Sequence record: NC_135731.1
Source: a phage
Reading direction: 5' to 3' (one strand)
DNA length: 64,000 bases
In this document: positions 8,930 to 18,243 of the stretch, in pieces
Layout of the letters: every line of letters starts with the position of its first letter
Position numbering within the stretch: position 1 is the first letter of the stretch
Notes under the pieces: generated by a model
What the model was told of the DNA's origin: nothing
The model's database searches: none
Seen by the model: the letters and a program-made list of their open reading frames with translations, nothing else
Program-made: the position numbers and the translations under genes

Positions 8930-9139
8930 TCAACAGATTCCGGCCTTATCCTTCCTGTCTGCGTATTCTTTAATCGCAACCTCATCTGCATTAGTGACCA
9001 GGTATTCAAAGTAACTCTCAAGCTCCTCGTCAATGTCAGGAGACCAGCTCTTTTTCCTGTCAGTGTGAATTGCAGACTTGTTGAACTTATTACAGTTCTT
9101 TGCTACCGGGTTGTTCATTAAGCGCTCCTCAGCGTTCAT
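8930..9139 (-). CDS. hypothetical protein
   Basis: 69 aa minus-strand ORF. Confidence 0.3.
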   Translation of the reverse strand: MNAEERLMNNPVAKNCNKFNKSAIHTDRKKSWSPDIDEELESYFEYLVTNADEVAIKEYADRKDKAGIC

Positions 9140-9707
9140 AGTAAATTTTATTTAACATTACCTCATCTTTTGCAGAAAGAATACCGAGATATGCATCACC
9201 GAATCTACCTGCAACAACCTCTGCATGATACATCACTTCGTTAATATCGTCAAGAGTGATAACTGGATGACCGTATCTCTCTGAGTATTGTCTCAGAGTG
9301 CGATGTAGAGAGTCATCATCATAGGCAGACTTTTTAATATCGCAAACACGACGAATAGCCTTGATGTCGAAAAACCCTGTACGATACCAACCAAGAAAAA
9401 GGTTTCGTGCAGTGTCAACATCTACATCAATACCATCAAGAACCTTATCTACAAGATAGCTGTCATCCTTTGGACCTGCTTCCTTAGTGCGAATGTAGTT
9501 GCCATCTTTTCCAGGTGACAGCTCCTTCTCATCACCAACCTGCATGCCATCATTTGGCGGTGTTAACCACTTATCCGGATGCTTACGATCACGAGCGTTA
9601 GAATGATTACGCTGGAAACCCGGCTTCCACTTGAAAGTTTTCTCCATCTGTTCTTCATTCTGATAACGTTTTGCAATCTTTTCACGGTCATCTTTGCGTG
9701 GACTCAT
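9129..9707 (-). CDS. hypothetical protein
   Basis: 192 aa minus-strand ORF, no recognised motif; AGGAGG-like RBS upstream. Confidence 0.45.
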   Translation of the reverse strand: MSPRKDDREKIAKRYQNEEQMEKTFKWKPGFQRNHSNARDRKHPDKWLTPPNDGMQVGDEKELSPGKDGNYIRTKEAGPKDDSYLVDKVLDGIDVDVDTARNLFLGWYRTGFFDIKAIRRVCDIKKSAYDDDSLHRTLRQYSERYGHPVITLDDINEVMYHAEVVAGRFGDAYLGILSAKDEVMLNKIYYER

Positions 9708-10209
9708 AGCTGCCTCCTCTTCAAGTTATAGAAAAACTCACTGTATCGCTTTGTAACGAGCTTTTCTATCAAACTGGTGCGATTGCCTTACTTGGTATAG
9801 TTTATATGGCTGTGGAGCGATTTAGGGGCCTCATTGTCCGTTTCCACACATAAACTTTATCCAAACTCGCTCGGGAGGCTCTCAACCGACTCCTTACGGC
9901 GCTGGCAAGCTTTCGTCGGTGGTCCACATTAGTGCTCGGCCTTTGGCCTGCGCTATCGCTTCGCTCCCACACATGTTAACAGACCTGCATGTATGCACTT
10001 CTGTTATTGTGTGCACTATGGAGGCCAGGCATCTCGCCCCTCGTAGGCGAGTGCCAATGAAGGGCCGACACTACCTATAGAATGTAATAAATTTAAAACA
10101 TGGTACTTAGGATCTAGTATATTCTACATAAGTTAAGTATATGTACTTAGTACCATAAGTACTAGATCTTTTATTTTTTATTATTTAGTTATTTTAGTTA
10201 TATTCTTTA

Positions 10210-10295
10210 TGTGTCCGTATCACGGACAGTTAGTGTCCGTATTACGGACAGATGTGTCCGCGTGACGGGCAGTAGTGTCCGTATCACGGACAGTT
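10210..10295. repeat. four tandem palindromic iterons TGTCCGTATCACGGACAG
   Basis: Copies at about 10212, 10234, 10255, 10276 (two identical, two with 1-4 substitutions); each has inverted half-sites TGTCCG/CGGACA; AT-rich palindromic tract 10085-10200 adjacent. Confidence 0.8.
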
Positions 10296-10367
10296 AATAG
10301 TTTCTGTTCCATGGTGAACATAAAACATACAAATCCTTATAGTACAGATATTTAAGTTTTTACTGGT

Positions 10368-10718
10368 CTAACCAGTTGTTGACATTCGAATAACTTCTTC
10401 TGGTGGCAAAACTTTGGAAAATGTGCATCTTTTACCTCTCCCTTGTGTGGATGTTTCAACAACTCCTGCACATTCTAAAGTTTTAACGCACGCTGCTGCT
10501 TTTGTTTTCTTTATCCCAACATCTGCTGCAATTTTCCTTGTGCTTGGTGTGAAGTGTGAATTTCCTCCAAGCTTATACCAGTTGTGCAGGTAGCAGTATA
10601 CAATCTTGTCATACAAGTCAAGAACAACAACCTCCCCAGTTGTGTCATTCAAAACTTTTGACATAGATAGTATTTCAAGGGGGACTTTAAGATATAGCAG
10701 CTTATCCCCATCTTTCAT
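10368..10718 (-). CDS. hypothetical protein, possible DNA-binding protein
   Basis: 116 aa ORF immediately upstream (minus sense) of the iteron array; HTH-like segment TRKIAADVGIKKTKAAACVKTL. Confidence 0.35.
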   Translation of the reverse strand: MKDGDKLLYLKVPLEILSMSKVLNDTTGEVVVLDLYDKIVYCYLHNWYKLGGNSHFTPSTRKIAADVGIKKTKAAACVKTLECAGVVETSTQGRGKRCTFSKVLPPEEVIRMSTTG

Positions 10719-10765
10719 ATCTCCTGATTCTCCTTGTGTGGCAATTTTCTTTAAAATAGCAGGGA

Positions 10766-11320
10766 TTACTCCCTGCTGTCAATATCAAAACTCATTGCAA
10801 TACGGTATGCCTCTTCTAATGGTAAGAGTCTCCCCCACACATCCCAACCGACATCAAGCTGCCTGCCAAACAACTGTTGTGTGGTTCCGTGAGCATGACC
10901 GAACAGTTGGACTGATCCGTGAGGCTTTCTGTTCCACTTTGCAAACTGGTAATGGCTCATACAGATCAAATTCTTGTTGTGGCGAAGCTCGTAATAATCT
11001 ACAACCTCATGACCGAACTCTTTCATAATTCTGACAGTCGTTCTTGTGTCATGGTTGCCACGAACAAGAATAATATGTCCGTTCAACATATTTAGAATAT
11101 CTGGAAGTAAGTTGTTGATATTCTTATCATTAGTGCACGCAATATCTCCCAGGTGGAACACAGTGTCTGCAGGTGACACAACAGAGTTCCACTCGGCGAT
11201 GATTCCAGCATTCATACTATCAAGATTGTGATCATACTGAGATCTGTGTTTTTGACATGACTCAAACTCCATGACCCGCTGGTGGAGAAAGTGTGTGTCG
11301 CTTGTTACAAAGTATTTCAT
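10766..11320 (-). CDS. calcineurin-like metallophosphoesterase (putative polynucleotide 3'-phosphatase)
   Basis: Track ORF 10766..11422; start re-set to MKYFVTSDTHF; motifs DxH (SDTHF), GDIACTND, GNHD. Confidence 0.6.
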   Translation of the reverse strand: MKYFVTSDTHFLHQRVMEFESCQKHRSQYDHNLDSMNAGIIAEWNSVVSPADTVFHLGDIACTNDKNINNLLPDILNMLNGHIILVRGNHDTRTTVRIMKEFGHEVVDYYELRHNKNLICMSHYQFAKWNRKPHGSVQLFGHAHGTTQQLFGRQLDVGWDVWGRLLPLEEAYRIAMSFDIDSRE

Positions 11321-11327
11321 ACATTCC

Positions 11328-11745
11328 TCATTTAAGTTTAATGCAGTTTTTAAGTTGGCGTTCCATACGATCCACAACCTCGTCTGAAGCATGAATGCTT
11401 TTATTACCGTGGCGGTTTTCAACCACGATCACGGTATAACTATACCCATAACTGATTGCCATGTCAACATATTCCTGCACATGTTTTTCTTTTGTAAAAG
11501 TATTACTTACCACGATACGGTCGTATCCCATACGCATCATATCTTCTACGTTATCTTTGCACCATTTTGCTGCGAGTGTTAATTTACTTGCATCCCAGTT
11601 GTAATTGCCGTCATCGTCATACCAGAACATGTCGTTCTCAAAATGTGGATACAGGCCTTCTAAAGATAGCGCATTTGCCAGTGTTGATTTGCCAGACCCC
11701 GGCAGACCACGCACGATATATAGCATTTTAGACATAGCAATCCTC
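11328..11745 (-). CDS. P-loop kinase (putative polynucleotide 5'-kinase)
   Basis: Track ORF 11328..11792; start re-set to MSKMLYIVRGLPGSGKST with RBS; Walker A GLPGSGKST; about 139 aa; adjacent to phosphoesterase and RNA ligase. Confidence 0.5.
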
Positions 11746-11835
11746 CGTTTTAATTTTAATGATAGTATACCTAACTGTTTTGTTAATTTCAAGTGTTGAC
11801 ACTAGGTTATTTGTGTGGCAGGATAGACTGACAAA

Positions 11836-12771
11836 ATGACAAATGAGGAACGTATGATGAAGTATTTTAATGCAGATGACCTAGTAGACAAAGGTCTTGT
11901 AACCAGTCGGTATTATCCAGATCTTGGATTAAAGATCTATAAATATGCCAGAAAAGTATTCTACAACAATCTGTGGCATTTGTCTCCGCGTTTACTGGAG
12001 TGCCGAGGTATTGTTGTTGGCAATGAGGGGAATGTTGTGGCATGGCCTTTCACAAAAGTATTCAACTTAGGAGAAAACTCCACCAACCTACCGGACAGTA
12101 AACTTGTTACTGCGGTAGAGAAAAAGAACGGATTCCTCGGTGTGGTATCATCTCATAAAGGTGAACTGTTGTTCTCAACAACCGGGTCTCTTGATTCCCC
12201 ATATTGTAACCTCGCAAAAGAAACCATCATGGAGCAATGTGGTAATTTAGATCTTATCAAGAAGGTTATGGGCAATGAAAACATGACATTCATGTTTGAA
12301 ATTTGCCACCCTTCAGATCCGCATATTGTTCAGGAAGATCATGGCGCATATTTGATAGGTTGCAGATATAATGATTCTGGAATAATGCTACCAGAAGCAG
12401 CTTTAGACGGGATTGCCAAATACCTTGGTGCAAAACGTCCTCACACTGTGCGTGAAATTCCGTTCAGCTATGCAAAAGAATTAGCTGCAGAAACAAGAGG
12501 TGAAGGGTATATGATTCGTAAGCCTTACTACCCTTATGATCTGCAGCTGAAGATCAAGTCTCCATACTATCTGGCACGGAAGGCTGTAATGAGGGGTAAA
12601 GCTTGGAAGATTTGGGATGATGATATCTTTAAACGTGTTGACGAAGAGTTTTACGGTATGGTAAAATTTATTCGTAGCAACTATACAGAAGATGTGTGGA
12701 ATTGCTTATTAGAGCAGGAGCGTCGTGAGATACTGGACTACTATTTCCACAACGAGGACTATATGCAATGA
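11836..12771 (+). CDS. RNA ligase (Rnl-type nucleotidyltransferase)
   Basis: Nucleotidyltransferase motif I KKNGFLG, motif IV EGYMIRK, motif V LKIKS; divergent from kinase/phosphatase pair. Confidence 0.55.
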   Translation: MTNEERMMKYFNADDLVDKGLVTSRYYPDLGLKIYKYARKVFYNNLWHLSPRLLECRGIVVGNEGNVVAWPFTKVFNLGENSTNLPDSKLVTAVEKKNGFLGVVSSHKGELLFSTTGSLDSPYCNLAKETIMEQCGNLDLIKKVMGNENMTFMFEICHPSDPHIVQEDHGAYLIGCRYNDSGIMLPEAALDGIAKYLGAKRPHTVREIPFSYAKELAAETRGEGYMIRKPYYPYDLQLKIKSPYYLARKAVMRGKAWKIWDDDIFKRVDEEFYGMVKFIRSNYTEDVWNCLLEQERREILDYYFHNEDYMQ

Positions 12772-13118
12772 AGAAGTGGATTGTGTGGCTTGATGATTTT
12801 AGAGATCCGTCAGATTATGGACTCCCAGACGCTCTGTGGCTAAAGAATTCTTCTGAGTTTATGGATTTTCTTAATGATAAGAGAAAGCTCTACAGACGCG
12901 TATCTGAGTGGTATTTTGACAATGATCTAGGTGAAGTTCTTGAAGGGTACGACTGCTTCTCTGCGCTAGAGGAGAAACTTGTATTCGGAAAGCCACCACT
13001 TATTGACAACGTGATTATTTTCGTGCATACTTCTAATCCATCGGCAGCTCGTAAATTTATGCTTGCTGCTGACTCATTCAAGAAGTTTGGAATAGAGATT
13101 AAACAAAACATCTACTGA
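12768..13118 (+). CDS. hypothetical protein
   Basis: 116 aa, ATGA overlap with RNA ligase stop; immediately precedes Sir2-like gene. Confidence 0.4.
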   Translation: MKKWIVWLDDFRDPSDYGLPDALWLKNSSEFMDFLNDKRKLYRRVSEWYFDNDLGEVLEGYDCFSALEEKLVFGKPPLIDNVIIFVHTSNPSAARKFMLAADSFKKFGIEIKQNIY

Positions 13119-13126
13119 GGACACTT

Positions 13127-13888
13127 ATGCGACGACTGATTATTATCTCCGGTGCTGGTTTGAGCGCTGAATCTGGTATCCCCACCTTCCGATCTGGTAG
13201 TACAGCAATGTGGGAGAATTTTAGCATCGATGAGGTATGCAACATCCACACCTTTGCCAAGAACTACGACAAGGTGCACGCATTCTATAATGCACGCCGT
13301 GCAGCTTTAGGGGGTGTTGAACCAAATATTGCCCATCTCCGCATCGCAGAATGGTATTCTCGTTGGTCTGGGCGTGTGATTAATCTTACAACCAACGTAG
13401 ATGATCTCTTGGAGCGTGCTGGTGTTAAACATGAAGATATCTTACATGTCCATGGGTATTTGCCTGAAATCACCTACGAAGATGCTGAAGGTAACGATGT
13501 AATTAAAAATATCGGATACACTGAGGTAGATACAGGCAAGTATATCTGGGTTAAGCCTAATGTGGTGTTCTTCGGAGAAGTAGCTCCGAAGTATACAGAC
13601 ATGTATGACCTGTTGACTTCTCTCACGAGCAATGATATGGTAATCCTGGTAGGTTGTTCTAACACAGTTATTAATTTTAACTGGGAATTGTTTCCTGCTA
13701 CTTGTAAAGGCACAAAACTGCTGATTGTAAACAAGTATGATTCGCAGAGTGCAGATGGAAGTGGCATTTCACGTAGCGACCTTTATCAATATGAGGATCG
13801 CGGGATCCCTGTATGGTTTAACGGTGCTGTTGACGCTTTCTCTGATAAAGCATTTATTGAAACTGTAGAAAACTTTATGGAACTGTAA
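13127..13888 (+). CDS. Sir2-like protein (sirtuin/NAD-binding fold)
   Basis: N-terminal motif GAGLSAESGIPTFRSG and HVHGYL His motif; no CxxC zinc-ribbon pairs seen. Confidence 0.65.
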   Translation: MRRLIIISGAGLSAESGIPTFRSGSTAMWENFSIDEVCNIHTFAKNYDKVHAFYNARRAALGGVEPNIAHLRIAEWYSRWSGRVINLTTNVDDLLERAGVKHEDILHVHGYLPEITYEDAEGNDVIKNIGYTEVDTGKYIWVKPNVVFFGEVAPKYTDMYDLLTSLTSNDMVILVGCSNTVINFNWELFPATCKGTKLLIVNKYDSQSADGSGISRSDLYQYEDRGIPVWFNGAVDAFSDKAFIETVENFMEL

Positions 13889-13902
13889 GAGGTGACCTTT
13901 TA

Positions 13903-14616
13903 ATGCTAAATACTAAACTGATCGACAACCTGGAAAAACTGTCTCAGCCTGAAAACTACCTTTGGTCTGCCAACTGGGTGGAAAACTGGAACCGTGTGGC
14001 AGCTAAAGTGAAAAAATCATACACACCATTCGAATTACAGCTTAGCTTCATTGAGGAAGAGTTCAATGAGGTTTTGGAAGAGCTGGAGAAAGGTGATGGT
14101 GGAGATCACCTGCTAAAAGAGGCCTGCGATCTTCACGTTGTCACAAGTTATGCAGCCTATCTCGTTAATGACAATCACGAAAAGTGGTCAAACCTGTTTG
14201 ATAATCCACGAGGTCTTAAGTTCAAGATCGGTGAGTTCTATGATACACTGATCGCTGCGAAAAACACATCCAAGCAAAGATCGTCAGCTTACCGCTTAGC
14301 GGAGTTGTCAACAGCTTTGCTGTTCCAGCTTCGCGGCGATGTGTGCGGGATGATGCGTAAGGTTCTCAAATCGAATGACAGCAAGTTTGCACGGGTAAAC
14401 CATCTACGGCATTCACACGGTGCCAGTGCAGATATGCCTGCTGAACAACTCATCGAGTTGGAGATTAAAGATCTTGAGCGTCGTTTTGGTGGTCGCTACG
14501 AAGGTTTCGTTGCTAAAGAGGAGTTCTACAACGGCAATAAAGTTATTATATTCCTTGACAGTAAAGGTAAGATTATGAAGCCTTCGAGCTTCAAGGATGT
14601 AACAGAGTATATTTAA
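13903..14616 (+). CDS. hypothetical protein, possible MazG-like NTP pyrophosphohydrolase
   Basis: Acidic helix pattern EEEFNEVLEELEKGD...LLKEACDLH reminiscent of MazG/HisE fold; weak. Confidence 0.3.
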   Translation: MLNTKLIDNLEKLSQPENYLWSANWVENWNRVAAKVKKSYTPFELQLSFIEEEFNEVLEELEKGDGGDHLLKEACDLHVVTSYAAYLVNDNHEKWSNLFDNPRGLKFKIGEFYDTLIAAKNTSKQRSSAYRLAELSTALLFQLRGDVCGMMRKVLKSNDSKFARVNHLRHSHGASADMPAEQLIELEIKDLERRFGGRYEGFVAKEEFYNGNKVIIFLDSKGKIMKPSSFKDVTEYI

Positions 14617-14619
14617 CAA

Positions 14620-14647
14620 CATAGCCGGGATTACCCGGCTTTACTTA
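14620..14647 (+). terminator. rho-independent terminator
   Basis: Hairpin AGCCGGGATTACCCGGCT followed by TTACTT after stop of 13903..14616. Confidence 0.5.
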
Positions 14648-14678
14648 TTATGGAAAGTATGCAGTGGGGTAGTTAGTT

Positions 14679-14987
14679 ATGTACAAGCATTCCAGAGATC
14701 TTGAAAAAGATGCTGTGTTTGGCGACCAGATGAAGGAGCTGATCAAACTTATTGGTAGAATGGAAGATAAGTTTGACACTAAAATCTACATCGATAGCAA
14801 GATCTTCAACCACAAAATATGGACAAATGTGTGTGTTGGGCTACATGGTGATAAAGATATTGTAAATTTGGTTGTAATAAAGTTCATAGTGTGGCAGAAT
14901 AAGACTATACGTTATTCCGATCCACACTTACTTGTTTATCCTATAAAAGACCTACTACAGAAGGAGGACTGCAATGCCGTTATTTAA
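14679..14987 (+). CDS. hypothetical protein
   Basis: 102 aa ORF. Confidence 0.35.
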   Translation: MYKHSRDLEKDAVFGDQMKELIKLIGRMEDKFDTKIYIDSKIFNHKIWTNVCVGLHGDKDIVNLVVIKFIVWQNKTIRYSDPHLLVYPIKDLLQKEDCNAVI

Positions 14988-15243
14988 TCTTGCTAAACCT
15001 GTAGAAGCCCACCAGTTTGACGGAAGCTCTTCATCAGTATCTGATCTGCAACGGTGGATTGATACAGGTGTGTTTACATCGTCACCTGTTCGGACCAGAG
15101 ATCTTCGTCGCATGTGTGAGCTTGTCGAGCCTTTTGGTAACCTTGTCTTGTACCAGGGAGATTGGCTAGTTGACTTTATGGGAGACTGGTTGGTAATGAG
15201 TAAAGAAGAGATGTTTAAAATTTTTAAGGAAGAGGACGAGTAA
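14974..15243 (+). CDS. hypothetical protein
   Basis: 89 aa ORF, ATGA overlap with ligase start. Confidence 0.35.
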   Translation: MPLFNLAKPVEAHQFDGSSSSVSDLQRWIDTGVFTSSPVRTRDLRRMCELVEPFGNLVLYQGDWLVDFMGDWLVMSKEEMFKIFKEEDE

Positions 15244-16526
15244 TGCATCAGATCAAAACAACACTGTACGCACTGAATAAAGATGGCAGCTACCAACAGT
15301 GGAAAGTATTCACGGATGGTGATAAGGTTATCGTAGAGTTTGGCAAGCTTGATGGTAAACTGCAATACAAAGAGACGATCTGCACACCTAAGAACGTGGG
15401 TCGTGCCAATGAAACTACAGCTGAGCAACAGGCCGAGCTGGAAGCGATCAGTAAGTGGGAAAAACAAGTCCGTCTGGGGTATGTTGAAAACATGGAAGAT
15501 TGCGAGCAGGGTGTTGATCTTTTACCCATGCTGGTGCATGACTACCTGAAGCGTGGCAAGGCACTTAAATTACCTTGCTGGATCTTGCGTAAGTTAGATG
15601 GCCTTCGTCTGCTTGTTGTTTTCCAAAATGGTGAGCCTAAATTTATTTCCCGTGGTAATAAGTCCTACCCTATTCAAGGAAAGCTTTTAGAGCAACTTCG
15701 TTCTTTCCATTCTACCACTGGGATTAAACAACTTGATGGGGAACTATACATTCATGGTCTTCCTTTGCAGAAAATAGTGTCTCTTGCTAAACGGTGGCGC
15801 ACACAGGAAGAGATTCAGGCCGAGATCGATAAAGACTATGAGGCAGATAAAAAACGCCGTCATGCCGCAATTAAGGCAGGCTTATCAACATACAAAAACT
15901 TCAACAAGGTAGATATTCCTGTCGATGTTGAGCCTGTTCGTGATGATTTGCGTTACGGTGGGTACTGTAGCTACGATCTGGAGTATCACATTTTTGATAT
16001 TCCTAGCGACAAGGTGTGGTGGGATCCAGAAACAGAGTCTGGACGCTGCAAGGATCTTATGGATGCAGGGGATACCGTTACCACTCTGATGCTTGACCAT
16101 ATCAAGGTTGTTGACGCAGAGCTTGCGTACACAGTTGATCATTGTGAAGAATCTGTTGGTATATTCATGTCCGAAGGATATGAAGGTACTATCATGCGTA
16201 ATTTCTGCGGTAAATACGAGTACGGTCAGCGAACATCTGAAGCATTGAAATGGAAAAAGTTCAACGACGCAGAGGTGAAAGTTATTGACGTTGAGAAAGA
16301 TAAGAATGACGAAGGTGTTCTTATCTGTGTTGACAAGGAAGGTGTTATTGTTAAAATGAAGATGAAAGGCACGCACGAGGAGCGTAGCTATGACAGGATG
16401 CAGGAAATGATCGGCAAGTTTGTCACCTTCAAATATCAATCAAGGACAGAAGACAACAACTACCAATTCCCTGTCGGTATCTGCGTCCGAAATGTTAACC
16501 CAGATACTTGGGAGGTGCTTGAATGA
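15243..16526 (+). CDS. ATP-dependent DNA ligase (T7-like) with N-terminal extension
   Basis: KxDG adenylation motif in ILRKLDGLRLLV; DGELYIHG and EGTIMRN blocks parallel T7 ligase; ends in OB-fold-like region. Confidence 0.65.
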   Translation: MHQIKTTLYALNKDGSYQQWKVFTDGDKVIVEFGKLDGKLQYKETICTPKNVGRANETTAEQQAELEAISKWEKQVRLGYVENMEDCEQGVDLLPMLVHDYLKRGKALKLPCWILRKLDGLRLLVVFQNGEPKFISRGNKSYPIQGKLLEQLRSFHSTTGIKQLDGELYIHGLPLQKIVSLAKRWRTQEEIQAEIDKDYEADKKRRHAAIKAGLSTYKNFNKVDIPVDVEPVRDDLRYGGYCSYDLEYHIFDIPSDKVWWDPETESGRCKDLMDAGDTVTTLMLDHIKVVDAELAYTVDHCEESVGIFMSEGYEGTIMRNFCGKYEYGQRTSEALKWKKFNDAEVKVIDVEKDKNDEGVLICVDKEGVIVKMKMKGTHEERSYDRMQEMIGKFVTFKYQSRTEDNNYQFPVGICVRNVNPDTWEVLE

Positions 16527-16650
16527 TGTAGGAAGGTTCAGTAGGTAACGGTAGCCAATCGAATGATGGTTTTTCAATTGGCACCTACATAACCACACTG
16601 TGTAGTGTTGTTGATCTGGTTAGTTATGAGTAAACTGGAGAGTATGAAAA

Positions 16651-17148
16651 ATGAAACTTGATAAAAATGTTCAACGAAAAGCTTTCTTGGATCTTATTGG
16701 CTGGGCAGAGGGAACAACAACCCACCCTGCCACCAAATGTGGAGGATACGATGTTGTAGCATACGGGATGGACGGAAAACCTGAAATCTTTACAGATTTT
16801 TCTACGCACCCTTTTGCAAACGGTCGCCCTGGTAAAGTGTTTAACTCAAAAGGGCAAAGAACTACAGCCTGCGGTAAATATCAATTTCTTGTCAAATACT
16901 GGGAACACTACAAAAAACAGCTTAAGTTGCCGGATTTTGGACCAGACAGTCAGGATAAGTGGGCGATCCAGTTGATCAGGGAACGTAAAGCACTTGAAGA
17001 TATAGATAACGGTCATATTAAATCTGCTATACGTAAGACCTCAAATATTTGGGCTTCGTTCCCCTACAACCAGTACGACCAAAATCCAAAAACCATTGAC
17101 AAGTTGCTTAAGAAATTTGTAGAGTTTGGAGGTGTTGTTCTGGATTAA
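16651..17148 (+). CDS. endolysin, lambda R-like lytic transglycosylase
   Basis: Near-collinear with lambda R: QRKAFLDLIGWAEGT...GYDV...CGKYQFL..YW..YKKQL.L.DF.P.SQD..A.Q.I.ER.AL..ID.G.I..AI...SNIWAS.P. Confidence 0.85.
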   Translation: MKLDKNVQRKAFLDLIGWAEGTTTHPATKCGGYDVVAYGMDGKPEIFTDFSTHPFANGRPGKVFNSKGQRTTACGKYQFLVKYWEHYKKQLKLPDFGPDSQDKWAIQLIRERKALEDIDNGHIKSAIRKTSNIWASFPYNQYDQNPKTIDKLLKKFVEFGGVVLD

Positions 17149-17202
17149 TGATTAAAAGGTAGGCCACTCGCCTACCTTGCTACACCAGAGGTGTGTTGAG
17201 AT

Positions 17203-17964
17203 ATGACGATACATTTCTTTTTTAATGATCACTACCCTTATTGGTACAAGGATGGTGATCTAATCTTTTGGAAACCTGGCTGCAGTAGGAATGGAAATAG
17301 GGCTGGACACTACAACAAAAAGACTGGATATTTCCAAGTGTACAATAAGCTGACAAATGTTAAACGTGGCAGACATAGGGAAATTTTTGACATGTTTTAC
17401 GGATGTGTCACAGATACTTGGCATATTGATCATATTATCTCTAAGAAAAATTCTACTAACGGAGTGCCTGTAGACAAGATAGAAAACCTTCAAATGTTGA
17501 AGCCTTGGGATAACTACTGTAAGAGAGCCTTGGAAAATGTGCAAAGCAATAACACCTCTACAGTGACTGGTGTGGTATGGCTGAAAAGAGAGGGTAAGTG
17601 GAGGGCAAGTAGAAGGATAAATAGGGTAAATGTTAGGTTGGGAGATTTTGACACTTTCGAAGAGGCTAAGTCTAGGGTTGAATGGTCAATAGCCAACCCG
17701 GAAGAGGCTTTAAAGATAGTTCCAAACCCGCACAAGAATAATATCCTGCCAGGTATTGATTGGTCTAAGAAAGATACCTGTTGGAGGGCACGAGATAACA
17801 AAGGAAGAAACTTAAGGTGCTTCAACGACAGGAAGTGGCTAAACCCCTGGTGGGAGGCAGTTTGTGCAAGAAAGTCTTGGGAAGTAAACTGTCTCTACGG
17901 AGGAATGTCACTAACTGAGTGGAAGTTATCCAGAGGCTATCCAAGACCTTGTGTTGAGGATTGA
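17203..17964 (+). CDS. HNH homing endonuclease with AP2-like domain (free-standing)
   Basis: HNH_3 motif WHIDHIISKKNSTNGVPVDKIENLQ; AP2-like GVVWLKREGKWRASRRINRVNVRLGDFDTFEEA. Confidence 0.7.
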   Translation: MTIHFFFNDHYPYWYKDGDLIFWKPGCSRNGNRAGHYNKKTGYFQVYNKLTNVKRGRHREIFDMFYGCVTDTWHIDHIISKKNSTNGVPVDKIENLQMLKPWDNYCKRALENVQSNNTSTVTGVVWLKREGKWRASRRINRVNVRLGDFDTFEEAKSRVEWSIANPEEALKIVPNPHKNNILPGIDWSKKDTCWRARDNKGRNLRCFNDRKWLNPWWEAVCARKSWEVNCLYGGMSLTEWKLSRGYPRPCVED

Positions 17965-18027
17965 TCATTGACATAACCACACGGACGTGGTATTGTTGCC
18001 TCATAGAATGTTCGAGAGGGTTTAACC

Positions 18028-18234
18028 ATGAAAGATTTTCTGTTGGCAATTTTGTTCATGGCAGCATGTCTGGCCTGTGGTGTCGTGTTTGCAGGTGAAA
18101 CAGCGTATCTTGTCGATGTATATCGGGACAATGGTAAACGTATTTGCCTTTATGAGACAAGCCAAGGTGAGCTCTACGAGCTTGTGAAACAAGGCGAGGC
18201 TGGATCTTGTCCTCGCACCCATTTCTTTGAATGA
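18028..18234 (+). CDS. small secreted protein or lipoprotein
   Basis: Signal peptide LLAILFMAACLACG (lipobox-like), 68 aa. Confidence 0.4.
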   Translation: MKDFLLAILFMAACLACGVVFAGETAYLVDVYRDNGKRICLYETSQGELYELVKQGEAGSCPRTHFFE

Positions 18235-18243
18235 GGAGAATAC

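Noticed and set aside
10210-10295. Tandem 18-bp repeats as a CRISPR array
   Set aside because: The repeats are themselves palindromic operator-like units separated by only 3-4 bp, with no unique spacers and no cas genes.
15885-16439. Minus-strand ORF 15885..16439 (184 aa) and similar antisense ORFs (for example 26356..26874, 37359..37997)
   Set aside because: They are fully embedded antisense in well-supported genes (DNA ligase, thyX, ClpP-like) and lack start signals.
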